Origin: Macrostomum lignano
Lineage: Eukaryota
Reading direction: 5' to 3'
Assembly: GCA_002269645.1 (NCBI GenBank)
Contig: NIVC01001592.1
Span: 186,001 to 250,000 of the forward strand
DNA length: 64,000 nucleotides
This document shows positions 26,645-39,069 of this stretch, piece by piece. Each line of letters starts with the position of its first letter. Positions within the stretch are counted from its first letter, which is position 1. The position numbers and the translations under genes were made by a program. Below the pieces are notes generated by a model. The model saw nothing but the letters and a program-made list of their open reading frames with translations. It did no database searches and was not told the origin of the DNA.

Positions 26645-27734
26645 ATAGATAGATACGCTCGTAGATACTAGCAATCTACGCCCCCCCGTTGGGGAGCCAA
26701 AGAAATGCAATACACGTTTTTTAATAAGCTACATGTAGCCTTGAAATCTTAAAAATCTCCTGTCAAACTTCTAACCCTAACCCTAACCCTAACCAAAACC
26801 CTAAATTCAATATTTTGTCCATGAGTTTTTGCATGATGCTTCTATGATTTTTACATGACGCTTCCATTATTTTTGCATGATGCTTCCATGATAAACATTT
26901 TAATAAGCTACATGAGCTGAGTTATAAGCTACCCTAACCCTAACCCTAACCCGAATCTTAACGCAATAACCCTGAACCTAACCCTAAACCTAAACCCTAA
27001 TACCAACCCTAACACTAACCCTACAGCCTGACAACTGCATTAAATTTGTGAAGCGTTAGTAGTATTTTTAGCTTAGTATCTTAGCGTTGGGGAGCCAAAA
27101 ATGCAGTACAAGTTTTGTAATAAACTACATGTAGCATCTCTTTGCAATATATCTCAGAAGTCCCTTGTAAGCCTTGACATGTCAGTAATTCCCCCCCACA
27201 AGCTTTAACATATCAACTTCCCCCTTGACATCTCAGCGATGCCCCCAATAAGCCTTGAAATCGAAAAAAAATCTGTCAACCTTCTAACGTACCCTAACCT
27301 TAGCCTAACCCTAACCCTAACCCTAGCCTAACCCTAACCCTAACCTAACCCTAATCCATTGAAATTTCAGTAATTCTGAGTCATTATAGCACTACTACAG
27401 AATTATAGCGATTCCCTGCAAGCCTCGACATCGTAGGGATTCCCAAATGAATCTCTTAACTTCGACATGGAGCTTCTTTTATTTTTTACATTACGCTTTT
27501 TCTATCAGCGATCCTTCCCCTGAGGAGCCAACAAATAATGTAATAAAAAGTTTTCAATAAACTACATGTTTAGCTTCCGACTTTAGCCTTGAAATCTCAT
27601 TTATACCCCCATGAGCCTTGACATCTCAGCTATTCCCCCCGTAAGCCTTGACATGTCAGCGATGCCCCCCATAAACCTTCTAATCTAAAAAATCCCCTGT
27701 GAACCTTGAAACCCGATAAAATATAACCCTCAAC
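26645..27734. repeat. Host repeat with ~400-bp internal subrepeats and (TAACCC)-like tracts; continues at 37688-37855 after the P element
   Basis: (tt/tga)ggggagcca...taataa(g/a)ctacatg recurs near 26690, 27088 and 27520; ccttgacatctcag-like motifs occur on both sides of the P element; taaccc tracts at ~26773, ~26932 and ~27290. Confidence 0.65.
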
Positions 27735-28018
27735 CAGGGAAGCCTCTTTGTTCGCTTCGCTCACCAGGAAGCGACACTCACATGGCCCCTCCCCACCTCC
27801 TCTACAAGTTTAGTCTCGTTTTGGTAACTTGGGAAGCAAAGAATTTTGTCCTTCGTTTACTGTACACTGAATTACTCATATCTTTTCTATGTTATGCCTA
27901 TATCTTCTCGTGCAGGATATCATTTAGGCAGCAAAAAACAACTGACATCAACTCACTCTGAGCAATTCTCTGATTTTCTAAACTCTAATTTTTTAATCGA
28001 ACATTTGCATAATACATC

Positions 28019-28870
28019 ATGGGATACAAGTGCTGTGTTCCAGCTTCTGTTACTAATTTGCCTCGGTATAAGAAGGACCCGACTGTTTCCATCCACAAGT
28101 TTCCTTTTTTCGAGAATCTGGATCTGCTGAACAAGTGGATCGCTACAATTCCTCGACAATGGACTGCGGCCGAGCTGTGTAAGCTGCGGTCTGACCCAAG
28201 TCACAACTATCGGGTTTGCTCTCTGCATTTTCCAGGTAAGTTTTTTGTGACTGTCTCTGCGGATTCCAACCCAAATCGCAAAAGGCCGGCATCTGACGAT
28301 CCATCGACTGCTACTGCTAAGCTGAAAAACCGGCGTCTGACAGATGATGCTGTACCGTGCATCTTCCCGAATGTTGTATCCTACTTGAGCAAGGCCGTCC
28401 CGGAAGAGAGGCAAACGGTTTGTACATCGGCTGAGAGCCGTCGAGAGAACGACATTCAGCGTTGCGAGGTAGAAGCAGAGGAGCTTCTACAAAAGGATGT
28501 TATTTCTGACTTCCCCGCTATTGGGTCATACGATCTACCAGATCATCTAAGGTGCTTTTTCAAGGTGATCTCTGAATCGAGTGTAACTTTTTTTACAACT
28601 AGAATGTCCGGTGCCGGCAACTTGGAGATCGCCACATCGCTGAATGTTGGCCAAGAGCTGCTGTTTGAGGTCACAGTTGGTGGTGATAAGCAAGCCTCTT
28701 TTGCTGGAGATCTGGTAGCTGATGGCAGTCTTAAAACCTTTGCCCAACTTGAAAACATCCTAGCTAGGCTAAAAAATGTCCGTTTGGAAGATTGCCGGCA
28801 TGGTTATGAGGAGCACCTCTTACTAGCTCAGGAGGCAGTCACGAAAGCTATCACCGACTTGTCAGCTAAG
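28019..28870 (+). CDS. P-element transposase, N-terminal part with THAP zinc-finger domain
   Basis: MGYKCCVP...HKFP...KWIATIPR...RVCSLHF...LTDDAVPCIFP is the THAP C2CH signature with the AVP box. The frame is interrupted at LSAK by the insertion. Confidence 0.9.
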
Positions 28871-28871
28871 A

Positions 28872-31800
28872 CTAAAAATGGTCTGTTTGTGTGTGCGTGT
28901 GTGTGTGATCGATTTTAGCAAAAATGGCTCAACCAATTTTCTTCGAACCTGCACTGTTCGATCAGAAATTATTCCGTGACAGTACATGCATCGTGGCTAA
29001 GAAATTGCTTGATGCTAAAGGGATTAAATATTCGAAAAACATGCTTTTTTGCAAAGGTCAAGCAGCTCTTTCGACTTGAAATGCATTGTAAGAATGCTAG
29101 CAGAAAAACTGACCGGTTGAATTCTAAATTCTAAAATGGATTGCATCACAATACACTTTATTTATCGTCTGTGTACTGGCTGAATTTGACACTCAATTGA
29201 ATTGCGTCACAGCTTTGAGTGTGAAAGCATAGCGCAGTACCCAATTTATATTACGTAACCATTTGTTAACTTTCATAGACACTGGTACTGACTTGCCTAA
29301 GAAATTGATTATGTCATAACTGCTTCGTGTGACTTTTTACTCTACCTGACTTGGTGTGAGTGTTGAATTATATAAGTAGTACAAATTCACTGATAACTTC
29401 GATGAGAGCTAGCCTAGAGCTGAAGAGCTAGACTGCTAATGCAGCGACCTGGTTTCGAATCTAAGTAGTTTAAAAGTAGTAGTGTAATTTTTTTATTAAA
29501 AGCTTTTATTAAATATTTAGTCCTTTAATAAAACATTTAGTCCTTTAATAAAACAAAACTTAGATTACTGCACTCGATAAGCCAAGGATTATTGCTATTA
29601 GTAAACTAAGGATTACTGCACTCGATAAACCAAGGACTATTGCTATTATTAAACCAAGGATTACTGCAGTTGATTAATCAAGGATTATTGCTATTAATAA
29701 ACTAAGGATTACTGCACTCGATAAGCCAAGGATTATTGCTATTAATAAACCAAGGATTACTGCACTCGATAAACCAAGGACTATTGCTATTAATAAACCA
29801 AGGATTACTGCACTTGATTAATCAAGGATTATTGCTATTAATAAACTAAGGATTACTGCACTCGATAAACCAAGGATTATTGCTATTATTAAACCAAGGA
29901 TTACTGCACTTGATTAATCAAGGATTATTGCTATTAATAAACCAAGGATTACTGCACTCGATAAACCAAGGATTATTGCTATTATTAAACCAAGGATTAC
30001 TGCAATTGGAAAACAAAGGATTACTGCACTCGAGAAGCCAAGGATTATTGCTATTAATAAACCAAGGATTACTGCACTCGATAAGCCAAGGATTATTGCT
30101 ATTAATAAACCAAGGATTACTGCACTCGATAAACCAAGGACTATTGCTATTATTAAACCAAGGATTACTGCACTTGGTTAATCAAGGATTATTGCTATTA
30201 ATAAACCAAGGATTACTGCACTCGGTAAACCAAGGACTATTGCTATTATTAAACCAAGGATTACTGCACTTGATTAATCAAGGATTATTGCTATTAATAA
30301 ACCAAGGATTACTGCACTCGATAAACCAAGGATTATTGCTATTATTAAACCAAGGATTACTGCGCTTGATTAATCAAGGATTATTGCTATTAATAAACCA
30401 AGGATTAATGCACTCGATAAACCAAGGACAATTGCTCTTGGCAAACCAAGGATTACTGCACTCAAGAAGCCAAGGATTATTGCTATTGATAAACCAAGGA
30501 TTACTGCACTCGAGAAGCCAATGATTATTGCTATTAATAAACCAAGGATTACTGCACTCGATAAACCAAGGACTATTGCTATTATTAAACCAAGGATTAC
30601 TGCACTTGATTAATCAAAGATTATTGCTATTAATAAACCAAGGATTACTGCAATTGGAAAACAAAGGATTACTGCACTCGAGAAGCCAAGGATTATTGCT
30701 ATTAATAAACCAAGGATTACTGCACTCGATAAACCAAGGACTATTGCTATTATTAAACCAAGGATTACTGCACTTGATTAATCAAGGATTATTGCTATTA
30801 ATAAACTAAGGATTACTGCACTCGATAAACCAAGGATTATTGCTATTATTAAACCAAGGATTACTGCACTTGATTAATCAAGGATTATTGCTATTAATAA
30901 ACCAAGGATTACTGCACTTGATAAACCAAGGATTATTGCTCTTTATAAACCAAGGATTACTGCAATTGGAAAACAAAGGATTACTGCACTCGAGAAGCCA
31001 AGGATTATTGCTATTAATAAACCAAGGATTACTGCACTCAAGAAGCCAAGGATTATTGCTATTAATAAACCAAGGATTACTGCACTCGATAAACCAAGGA
31101 CTATTGCTATTATTAAACCAAGGATTACTGCACTTGATTAATCAAGGATTATTGCTATTAATAAACCAAGGATTACTGCACTCGGTAAACCAAGGACTAT
31201 TGCTATTATTAAACCAAGGATTACTGCACTTGATTAATCAAGGATTATTGCTATTAATAAACTAAGGATTACTGCACTCGATAAGCCAAGGATTATTGCT
31301 ATTAATAAACCAAGGATTACTGCACTCGATAAACCAAGGACTATTGCTATTATTAAACCAAGGATTACTGCACTTGATTAATCAAGGATTATTGCTATTA
31401 ATAAACCAAGGATTACTGCACTCGATAAACCAAGGATTATTGCTATTATTAAACCAAGGATTACTGCACTTGATTAATCAAGGATTATTGCTATTAATAA
31501 ACCAAGGATTAATGCACTCGATAAACCAAGGACAATTGCTCTTGGCAAACCAAGGATTACTGCACTCAAGAAGCCAAGGATTATTGCTATTAATAAACCA
31601 AGGATTACTGCACTCGAGAAGCCAAGGATTATTGCTATTAATAAACCAAGGATTACTGCACTCGATAAACCAAGGACTATTGCTGTTATTAAACCAAGGA
31701 TTACTGCACTTGATTAATCAAAGATTATTGCTATTAATAAACCAAGGATTACTGCAATTGGAAAACAAAGGATTACTGCACTCGAGAAGCCAAGGATTAT

Positions 31801-34800
31801 TGCTATTAATAAACCAAGGATTACTGCACTCGATAAACCAAGGATTATTGCTATTAATAAACCAAGGATTACTGCACTCGATAAGCCAAGGATTATTGCT
31901 ATTAATAAACCAAGGATTAATGCACTCGATAAACCAAGGACAATTGCTATTATTAAACCAAGGATTACTGCACTTGATTAATCAAGGATTATTGCTATTA
32001 ATAAACTAAGGATTACTGCACTCGATAAGCCAAGGATTATTGCTATTATTAAACCAAGGATTACTGCACTTGATTAATCAAGGATTATTGCTATTAATAA
32101 ACCAAGGATTACTGCACTCGATAAGTCAAGGATTATTGCTCTTTATAAACCAAGGATTACTGCAATTGGAAAACAAAGGATTACTGCACTCGAGAAGCCA
32201 AGGTTTATTGCTATTAATAAACCAAGGATTACTGCACTCGATAAGCCAAGGATTATTGCTATTAATAAACCAAGGATTACTGCACTCGATAAACCAAGGA
32301 CTATTGCTATTATTAAACCAAGGATTACTGCACTTGATTAATCAAGGATTATTGCTATTAATAAACCAAGGATTACTGCACTCGATAAACCAAGGACAAT
32401 TGCTCTTGGCAAACCAAGGATTACTGCACTCAAGAAGCCAAGGATTATTGCTATTAATAAACCAAGGATTACTGCACTCGAGAAGCCAAGGATTATTGCT
32501 ATTAATAAACCAAGGATTACTGCACTCGATAAACCAAGGACTATTGCTATTATTAAACCAAGGATTACTGCACTTGATTAATCAAAGATTATTGCTATTA
32601 ATAAACCAAGGATTACTGCAATTGGAAAACAAAGGATTACTGCACTCGAGAAGCCAAGGATTATTGCTATTAATAAACCAAGGATTACTGCACTCGATAA
32701 ACCAAGGATTATTGCTATTAATAAACCAAGGATTACTGCACTCGATAAGCCAAGGATTATTGCTATTAATAAACCAAGGATTAATGCACTCGATAAACCA
32801 AGGACAATTGCTATTATTAAACCAAGGATTACTGCACTTGATTAATCAAGGATTATTGCTATTAATAAACTAAGGATTACTGCACTCGATAAGCCAAGGA
32901 TTATTGCTATTATTAAACCAAGGATTACTGCACTTGATTAATCAAGGATTATTGCTATTAATAAACCAAGGATTACTGCACTCGATAAGTCAAGGATTAT
33001 TGCTCTTTATAAACCAAGGATTACTGCAATTGGAAAACAAAGGATTACTGCACTCGAGAAGCCAAGGTTTATTGCTATTAATAAACCAAGGATTACTGCA
33101 CTCGATAAGCCAAGGATTATTGCTATTAATAAACCAAGGATTACTGCACTCGATAAACCAAGGATTATTGCTATTATTAAACCAAGGATTACTGCACTTG
33201 ATTAATCAAGGATTATTGCTATTAATAAACCAAGGATTACTGCACTCGATAAACCAAGGACAATTGCTCTTGGCAAACCAAGGATTACTGCACTCAAGAA
33301 GCCAAGGATTATTGCTATTAATAAACCAAGGATTACTGCACTCGAGAAGCCAAGGATTATTGCTATTAATAAACCAAGGATTACTGCACTCGATAAACCA
33401 AGGACTATTGCTATTATTAAACCAAGGATTACTGCACTTGATTAATCAAAGATTATTGCTATTAATAAACCAAGGATTACTGCAATTGGAAAACAAAGGA
33501 TTACTGCACTCGAGAAGCCAAGGATTATTGCTATTAATAAACCAAGGATTACTGCACTCGATAAACCAAGGATTATTGCTATTATTAAACCAAGGATTAC
33601 TGCACTTGATTAATCAAGGATTATTGCTATTAATAAACCAAGGATTAATGCACTCGATAAACCAAGGACAATTGCTCTTGGCCAACCAAGGATTACTGCA
33701 CTCAAGAAGCCAAGGATTATTGCTATTAATAAACCAAGGATTACTGCACTCGATAAGCCAAGGACTATTGCTATTATTAAACCAAGGATTACTGCACTTG
33801 ATTAATCAAGGATTATTGCTATTAATAAACCAAGGATTACTGCAATTGGAAAACAAAGGATTACTGCACTCGAGAAGCCAAGGATTATTGCTATTAATAA
33901 ACCAAGGATTACTGCACTCGATAAGCCAAGGATTATTGCTATTAATAAACCAAGGATTAATGCACTCGATAAACCAAGGACAATTGCTATTATTAAACCA
34001 AGGATTACTGCACTTGATTAATCAAGGATTATTGCTATTAATAAACTAAGGATTACTGCACTCGATAAGCCAAGGATTATTGCTATTATTAAACCAAGGA
34101 TTACTGCACTTGATTAATCAAGGATTATTGCTATTAATAAACCAAGGATTACTGCACTCGATAAGTCAAGGATTATTGCTCTTTATAAACCAAGGATTAC
34201 TGCAATTGGAAAACAAAGGATTACTGCACTCGAGAAGCCAAGGATTATTGCTATTAATAAACCAAGGATTACTGCACTCGATAAGCCAAGGATTATTGCT
34301 ATTAATAAACCAAGGATTAATGCACTCGATAAACCAAGGACAATTGCTCTTGGCAAACCAAGGATTACTGCACTCAAGAAGCCAAGGATTAATGCTATTA
34401 ATAAATCAAGGATTACTGCAATTGGAAAACAAAGGATTACTGCACTCGAGAAGCCAAGGATTATTGCTATTAATAAACCAAGGATTACTGCACTCGATAA
34501 GCCAAGGATTACTGCACTTGGAAAACCAAGGATTACTGCACTCGATAAGCCAAGTATTATAGCTATTAATAAACCAAGGATTACTGCACTTAGAAAACCA
34601 AAGATTACTGCACTCGATAAGCCAAGGATTATTGCTATTAATAAACCAAGGATTACTGCACTCGAGAAGCCAAGGATTATTACTATTAATAAACCAAGGA
34701 TTACTGCACTCAATAAGCCAAAGATTATTGGTCTTTATAAACCAAGGATTACTTCACTTCATAGCCAAGGATTACTGCGATTGATTAGCTTGGCTACATG

Positions 34801-35325
34801 TATAGGATTATTTCTATCCAGGGATGCTTGCTATTTAGGAATTCTTGCTATGTGCAGGATGCTTGCTATCTGGAAGGATGCTTCTACATTATTTGGGGGA
34901 TGCTTGCTATCTGGGTGGATGCTTTTATCCGGGGCCCGGGGGATGCTTCTATTTGGGGGATGCTTGCTATCTGGGTGGATACTTGCTAGGAGTATTAGGG
35001 GATGCTTGCTGTCTACAGTTGTTTACTTTTGGAGGCGGGTGCTTGCTACTGGGGGGATGCTTGCTGTCTTGGGAATATTTTCTATTTAGGGGTAATGTCT
35101 GTTATCTTTGTGAAAGCTATATTTTCTCGTCTGTTTGTTAATTTTAGAAAAAAGAGATTCATAGCAAATATTATTGTCCATGACAATTTTAAATGAATAA
35201 GGTGATTTTTAAAAGTGATAAAGGACTTAGTTTTTAAGAAAATGTGCTTTTTCATTGATTTCCATAAACTATTTTTGCTTCGTTCTTATTGGGCGCCCCG
35301 AAGGGGGGCCGCACTAGATTGCTAG
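28872..35325 (+). mobile_element. Helitron-like non-autonomous insertion carrying a large satellite, flanked by the 12-bp direct repeat TGTCAGCTAAGA
   Basis: Direct repeat at 28860-28871 and 35326-35337. The 3' end has the hairpin ggcgcccc-gaa-ggggggcc, then 15 nt ending in CTAG before T. The 5' region has a short (TG)-rich tract. No coding capacity seen. Confidence 0.6.
29570..34780. repeat. 5.2-kb satellite of 24-bp monomers (AACCAAGGATTACTGCACTCGATA / AACCAAGGATTATTGCTATTAATA) with higher-order structure
   Basis: Two alternating monomer types plus recurrent variants; blocks starting at 32040 and 32904 repeat the same variant order for about 690 bp (864 bp = 36 monomers). Confidence 0.97.
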
Positions 35326-35336
35326 TGTCAGCTAAG

Positions 35337-37379
35337 ATTGAAGTCAAGAGTGATCAAGAGCTGGATACATCTATTGAGGAGGCTGCTTTTGCTAAACTTA
35401 ATTTTCTTGTCGAGCAGCTAAGCTTTTCGAGTTTGAAGAAGGGGAAGCTAACATACTCCAGCGAGCTACTTGCTTTTTCATACCTGTTGCAGCACCACAG
35501 CCCATCAGCGTACAATTTCATTCGGAAATCCAACACAGTCAACCTCCCAAGTGTTAGGCATCTGCAGAGGCTTTCTTCCGGGTTGAGCAATGACCCTGAC
35601 ATCAAGGCTACCGAAGATTATCTCAAGCTAAAAGTTTACAGCCTGCCTGAGTCTGAGAGGGTAGTGCTTCTTGCAATCGACGAAATTTATTCGTCGAAGC
35701 GAATGGAATTCAGTGGAGGCAAGGTATTTGGCACTGACTCAGAAACCGATGAGCTCGCCAAAACTGTGTGCGCTTTTTTGATCAAGTCACTGCATGGAGA
35801 CTTCCAGGAAGTAATTTCTCTTATTCCAAAAAGTAGGCTTAGTGCTCTGGACTTGCAAAATCACCTCACTGACTGCCTTGCTCTGCTTGATCGGGTTCAC
35901 CTGAAGCCAGTGGTGTGCATTGTTGACAACAATGCAGTGAATAGGAGCCTCTTTCAAGGTCTTCTATGCAAAGGCAAGCTGCAATCATCAATTCCAAATC
36001 CGGTGTCTGGCGAGCCGCTGTTCCTTCTCTTCGACCCTGTACACAACTTTAAGAACATCTTGAACAATTGGATTTCGCGCCAGGTGTTTCAATTTCTGGA
36101 CTTCACCGATCCCCAGAAAATCCAAACAGCAGATTTTCGCGATTTGCACAAACTTCATGAACAAGAAATTGGGCAACCAGCTCGGATCGCCTTTCAACTG
36201 AATACAAGGTCCTTGAATCCAACGAACTTGGAGAAAACTAATGTTCAGCACGCAGCCAGCATCTTCAGCGAGTCTACTGTAGAAGCAGCAAAGTTCTACC
36301 ATTTTTCCTCTGGCTTGGTAGCTTTCCTAGCGCTCATTCTTAACATGTGGACGATCTGGAATGTCAAGACCACTAGGAAAGCGAAGGAAAAGCGGCTTCC
36401 CGACGCCGCTCCGCTGGTGCCAAACGATCACCGCCTCGACAAGCTGCGCCAGTTTGCCGCTTTCTTCCAACGTTGGGAGGATTCGAAGTTGCCCGGCTTG
36501 ACTGCTCCCACTTTCCTTGCTGTTAAGTCCTGCTGTCTCACTCTTGCTGATCTTTCCGAGCACCTTTTCTCTAGGTATTTATTTCCCTCTGTTTTGACAG
36601 GTAGGATAGTCAGTGACTGGATCGAGCGGCGCTTTGGTCGCTACCGCCAGTTTCACGGAGGCGACTATTTTGTTTCTGTCCGGCAGATCCTTCAAGCCGA
36701 GAAAATTCGCGTTTCCAGCCTGCTTCAGTTTCATGGCCTTGGACTGAAAGATTTAAAAATTCTTGACCAGGCGAGTTCATCCGAGTTTTTTAATCCACTC
36801 TTATCCGTGAAGCTTCCAGGTCTCCAGCATCTTGACGCCGCTCTTACATCTAGTGACCGAAACATTTGTTCCTATCTTGGTGGCTACGTGTCTAAAGGTC
36901 TATGCGGCCAGCTGAAGTGCATTGACTGCAAGAATCTTCTACTTACTAACGATTACTTGGAGTTTATTGCCGAAGAGGACTCTGCTGACGACTTTGCCCT
37001 GATTCAAATGCGTGACCGAGGCGGTCTGAAGTGCCCCAGCAAATTCGTATTTTTTCTTTTGAAGGCATCCTACTTCATGTTTGGACATCTGCGAGATAAT
37101 GGTCTGTTAACTGCTGATCTTCTCACCTCTGGTAATTTAGTTCAAAATATTGTTGAGCTCTGCCAGGACTACGTGACTGAATCCACTGATTTTACGACCC
37201 TTTCAAGCCAGACTTGCAGTTGTGGAAAGGCAGCTGCTACTCTTTCTTCGCGGGTCTTAATTCCTGCAGTCCGGATTTATCTAAAGAATTTTGTCAATGA
37301 GACAAACGATGAGAAGGCGAAGAACCAGAAGGCGACGAATCGTAAGGCGTCCAAGCTTTCCAGCAAGAGTTCGAGTTAG
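35337..37379 (+). CDS. P-element transposase, catalytic C-terminal part (THAP9-like)
   Basis: SPSAYNFIR...LPSVRHLQR; LAIDEIY; CIVDNNAVN; FDPVHNFKNILNNW; SDWIERRFGRYRQ; C-terminal CxxC...RGGLKCPS. It joins 28019..28870 in frame when the insertion and one repeat copy are removed (964 aa). Confidence 0.92.
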   Translation: MEVKSDQELDTSIEEAAFAKLNFLVEQLSFSSLKKGKLTYSSELLAFSYLLQHHSPSAYNFIRKSNTVNLPSVRHLQRLSSGLSNDPDIKATEDYLKLKVYSLPESERVVLLAIDEIYSSKRMEFSGGKVFGTDSETDELAKTVCAFLIKSLHGDFQEVISLIPKSRLSALDLQNHLTDCLALLDRVHLKPVVCIVDNNAVNRSLFQGLLCKGKLQSSIPNPVSGEPLFLLFDPVHNFKNILNNWISRQVFQFLDFTDPQKIQTADFRDLHKLHEQEIGQPARIAFQLNTRSLNPTNLEKTNVQHAASIFSESTVEAAKFYHFSSGLVAFLALILNMWTIWNVKTTRKAKEKRLPDAAPLVPNDHRLDKLRQFAAFFQRWEDSKLPGLTAPTFLAVKSCCLTLADLSEHLFSRYLFPSVLTGRIVSDWIERRFGRYRQFHGGDYFVSVRQILQAEKIRVSSLLQFHGLGLKDLKILDQASSSEFFNPLLSVKLPGLQHLDAALTSSDRNICSYLGGYVSKGLCGQLKCIDCKNLLLTNDYLEFIAEEDSADDFALIQMRDRGGLKCPSKFVFFLLKASYFMFGHLRDNGLLTADLLTSGNLVQNIVELCQDYVTESTDFTTLSSQTCSCGKAAATLSSRVLIPAVRIYLKNFVNETNDEKAKNQKATNRKASKLSSKSSS

Positions 37380-37850
37380 CTGTTTAATATGCGTTTTAAC
37401 GAGGGAAGCTCAGATTTTAAGCCGGGATTTTTTCTTTTTGTTTATAATATTTAATGCCGAATTTTAATTTTTTCAGTTTCATTTATTTGTTGTATAATTT
37501 GTAATTGCAGCCTTTTATTTTTCAAATAAACACGTATCAATTTATACACTTTTTCATACTGTGCGCACTGAAATAAGTGGGCTCTCGGGTAGTCTGGGGA
37601 AGAAAAACGAGACCCAACTTGTATAGGCACGATTTCAGTGTCGCTTCCTGGTGAGCGAAGCGAACAAAGAGGCTTCCCTGCCTCAACCCACACCTGACCT
37701 AAACCTAACTTTAACCCAACCTAAAGCCTTGAAATCTCAGCAATTCTTCTCCCCTAAGCCTTGGCATTTTAGTGATTCCTTCTTTAAGAATCACACAACT
37801 ATAACGATTCCCTCCAAGCTTTGACATCGTAGCAATTCCCAAATGATTAG

Positions 37851-37910
37851 CTAGATAAATAGATAGATAGATAGATAGATAGATAGATCGATAGATAGAT
37901 AGACAGAGAG

Positions 37911-37941
<31 letters not shown>

Positions 37942-37976
37942 GATAAATAGATAGACAGAGAGATAGATAGAGATAG

Positions 37977-38025
<49 letters not shown>

Positions 38026-38066
38026 GATAGATGGAGGGATAGATAGATAGATAGATGGATGGATAC
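37851..38066 (+). repeat. (GATA)n microsatellite
   Basis: Read directly. Confidence 0.97.
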
Positions 38067-38515
38067 ATAGCATAATACGATAGCATCAAAAGTTTAATAG
38101 CATTAGCTAGTGGAGTGCAAACTTACACGAGAGGCTGCTATTTGGAGCGAAGCATCTTGTTGGAAGGAGAATGGTATTGCTGATCAAAGACTTTGGTTGG
38201 TAGGCAGCACGGGAATTAAACGGCAGAGGCTATAAGACAAGTCATTTAAGTAGTAAAAATGAATGCAAGCATAGCTGAACTGAAGTTCCCTTTCCTAGTG
38301 TACATAGGTAGAAATGAAAGGACAGTAAAAAGCGTTAAAGAGTAAACAATCTTTTTGTATGAGACGAGCACCCATCCCAGTGTTGTACAGTAACACGCGG
38401 TGCAATCTGTTGGTCTGTACCCACTATCCTGTTCCCCTTCACCTTCACATACTATCGATTTTTTTGGCTGGAGCAAGGGACCATTTTTTCCACGGCGTTT
38501 TTTGTCAAAAAAACG

Positions 38516-38688
38516 CCAAGCCAGGGAATGGGGCTTGTTGATACGAGATAAGAAATGCTTCTAGGGCTCTTCACTATTGGCTACGAATTTGAGCTTAAAC
38601 ACTGCAGTATAGTAAGTCCATATTGATATAGATACGAGATATATATAGTCCAGTTGGCGTGAGTTAGCTCCGACAGCAAAACCCACAG
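38516..38688 (+). repeat. 173-bp direct repeat, copy 2
   Basis: Matches 26472-26644. Confidence 0.9.
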
Positions 38689-39069
38689 CAAGGCGTGCAG
38701 GGGCCTGTGTGTACCCATTAGTCAACAAGTGCCAATTAAGCATCACCGGCGACATGTTATAAACTTTCAAAGTCATGATCCTATCCCACCCTTTTGTTGA
38801 CTGCAGCATAATCACTTGACGAAGTAATTAGATCAACGCTTACATGTACATGGGTATGGGCTGTTTATGTTACACAAATCCACAGGTTGTTACATACATG
38901 GAGGAATATAACGTAACATTAACATGGCTTGTATATATTATCCTGTTTAATTAATAAATGCATCTAAGATGCAGATATTTGAGGTGGGGAACATAAAATT
39001 CGATATTTGTATTAACAACCAACAGTGACTTCCTGGCTGAGTTTTAGAAAGTCACACTGTGAGCCAAAC

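Larger units (their letters stand above)
27735..37680 (+). mobile_element. P-superfamily DNA transposon (THAP9-like), complete, carrying a 6.5-kb nested insertion
   Basis: Perfect 44-bp TIRs CAGGGAAGCCTCTTTGTTCGCTTCGCTCACCAGGAAGCGACACT (27735-27778 and 37637-37680) and a 7-bp TSD CCTCAAC (27728-27734 and 37681-37687). Confidence 0.93.

Noticed and set aside
26773-27356. (TAACCC)n runs as a true chromosome end
   Set aside because: The runs are short, degenerate, internal and embedded in a repeated module.
29880-34713. Long Leu/Gln-rich ORFs (NQGLLLLI/NQGLLHSI) and the antisense ILGLSSAV ORF
   Set aside because: They are translations of a 24-bp satellite; the frame is broken by periodic stops and has no unique N- or C-terminus.
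29570-34780. CRISPR-like alternation of a constant AACCAAGGATTA block with variable segments
   Set aside because: The variable parts are about 12 nt, reused many times and related to each other; there are no unique spacers or cas genes, and the context is eukaryotic.
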